Source: an uncultured Chitinophaga sp.
Lineage (GTDB): Bacteria; Pseudomonadota; Gammaproteobacteria; Burkholderiales; Burkholderiaceae_C
Direction of reading: 5' to 3'
Length of the DNA: 54,129 bases
Assembly: GCA_964547895.1 (NCBI GenBank)
Contig: CAZJQH010000001.1
Location: forward strand, 1-54,129
Position numbers and translations under genes: made by a program. The notes under the pieces are model-generated. The model did not search any database and was not told the origin of the DNA. It saw only the letters and a list, made by a program, of their open reading frames with translations. Below are positions 53,169 through 54,129 of this stretch, piece after piece (position 1 is the stretch's first letter; each line of letters starts with the position of its first letter).

Positions 53169-53207
53169 CCCCGTCATTCCCTGCCGCTGCAGCGGCAGGC
53201 ATGAGCT

Positions 53208-53237
53208 AGCCCGCTTCCGTCAGGAGCGGGCTTTTTT
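53208..53237 (+). terminator. Intrinsic terminator after pcaF
   Basis: AGCCCGCTTC...GGAGCGGGCT + T-tract. Confidence 0.8.
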
Positions 53238-53291
53238 CATGCCTAGCTGACGCTAAACTTACGCCTTCACCCCAAACCCAAGGAGACAAGA

Positions 53292-54129
53292 ATGAAGAAC
53301 TCCCGACTGAAGGCGATCGCCAGCGCCCTGCTGGCAGCCGGTGCCTTGAGCATCACCCAAGCGGCCTGGGCGCAAAGCCTCAGCAGCAAGACCATCGACG
53401 CGCTGAAACAGAAGGTCGAGCGCGTGCAGCCCAGGATGGTCGAATGGCGCCGCTACATCCATGAGAACGCCGAGCTCTCGGGCCAGGAGGTCAAGACCGC
53501 CGCCTATGTCGCCAAGCATCTGCGGGCGCTGGGCTACGAAGTCCGGGAGGGCGTGGGCGGCACCGGCGTGGTCGGCGTGCTCAAGGGCGCCAAGCCGGGC
53601 CGGACCGTGGCGCTGCGCGCCGACATGGACGCGCTGCCGGTAGCCGAAGCCAGCGGACTGCCTTTTGCCTCCAGGCAGCGCCAGCCCTACATGGGCACCG
53701 AAGTGCCAGTGGCCCATGCCTGCGGCCACGACGGCCACACCGCGATGCTGATGGGCGCGGCCGAAGTCTTCGCCGGCATGCGCGACCAGATCAGCGGCAC
53801 CATCGTGCTGGTGTTCCAGCCGGCGGAAGAAGGCGCTTCGCATGAGCTCAAGGAAGGCGAGAAGTTCGGCGCCGCCGCCATGATCGCCGACGGGGCCCTG
53901 CAGCCCAAGCCGGACGCGATCTTCGCCGCCCACCTGATTCCGAACATGCCGCGCGTCATCGCCTACAAGACCGGGCCGGTGTTCGCCTCCTCCGATGTCG
54001 TCAAGATCCGCATCAAGGGCAAGCAGACCCACGGCGCGATGCCATGGCACGGCGTCGATGCGATCTCGGTCGGATCGCAGCTGGTCAACTCGATGCAGAC
54101 CATCGTGTCGCGCCAGCTCGACATCAGCA
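53292..54129 (+). CDS. M20D amidohydrolase with Sec signal peptide, 3'-truncated by window edge (absent from the ORF track)
   Basis: RBS AGGAG; MKNSRLKAIASALLAAGALSITQAAWA-; RRYIHENAELS, ALRADMDALP, HACGHDGH, FQPAEEG, GKQTHGAMPW. Confidence 0.9.
   Translation, partial: MKNSRLKAIASALLAAGALSITQAAWAQSLSSKTIDALKQKVERVQPRMVEWRRYIHENAELSGQEVKTAAYVAKHLRALGYEVREGVGGTGVVGVLKGAKPGRTVALRADMDALPVAEASGLPFASRQRQPYMGTEVPVAHACGHDGHTAMLMGAAEVFAGMRDQISGTIVLVFQPAEEGASHELKEGEKFGAAAMIADGALQPKPDAIFAAHLIPNMPRVIAYKTGPVFASSDVVKIRIKGKQTHGAMPWHGVDAISVGSQLVNSMQTIVSRQLDIS

Overview
High-GC betaproteobacterial chromosome segment; gene content and RBS style (GGAGAC/AGGAG) suggest Comamonadaceae. About 52 genes; I recognise no rRNA, tRNA, CRISPR array or IS element. 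From left to right: the 3' end of mnmA; an MHYT-PAS hybrid histidine kinase; a TakP-like TRAP transporter with an HpxW-like Ntn amidohydrolase; LysR/azoR/pirin; sstT-ltaE; ssb. Next is a ~16-kb catabolic block between ssb and its usual neighbour, a YajR-like MFS gene: lactate permease-lutABC, LysR/glxR-like/glcG, MarR + pyroglutamate-type TRAP + pxpBCA, glycerate kinase-hyi and a collapsed gcl pseudogene. Then rpe; apaG-'Gcr' membrane protein-thiL-Nudix-pgpA-pncC; SulP and a small orphan; UPF0149/SEC-C; a LonC-like protease and hemerythrin; and a BenM/CatR-regulated benABCDK-pcaF cluster followed by a truncated signal-peptide M20 amidohydrolase. Best leads: (1) a 32-bp operator-like sequence shared (27/32) between the MarR/TRAP-pxp promoter and the sstT-ltaE promoter 11 kb away; (2) a candidate oxamate uptake/hydrolysis operon; (3) an unannotated, internally deleted and frameshifted gcl relic; (4) the 'recombinase' protein looks like a membrane channel. 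All family calls come from motif recognition and recall, with no database search.
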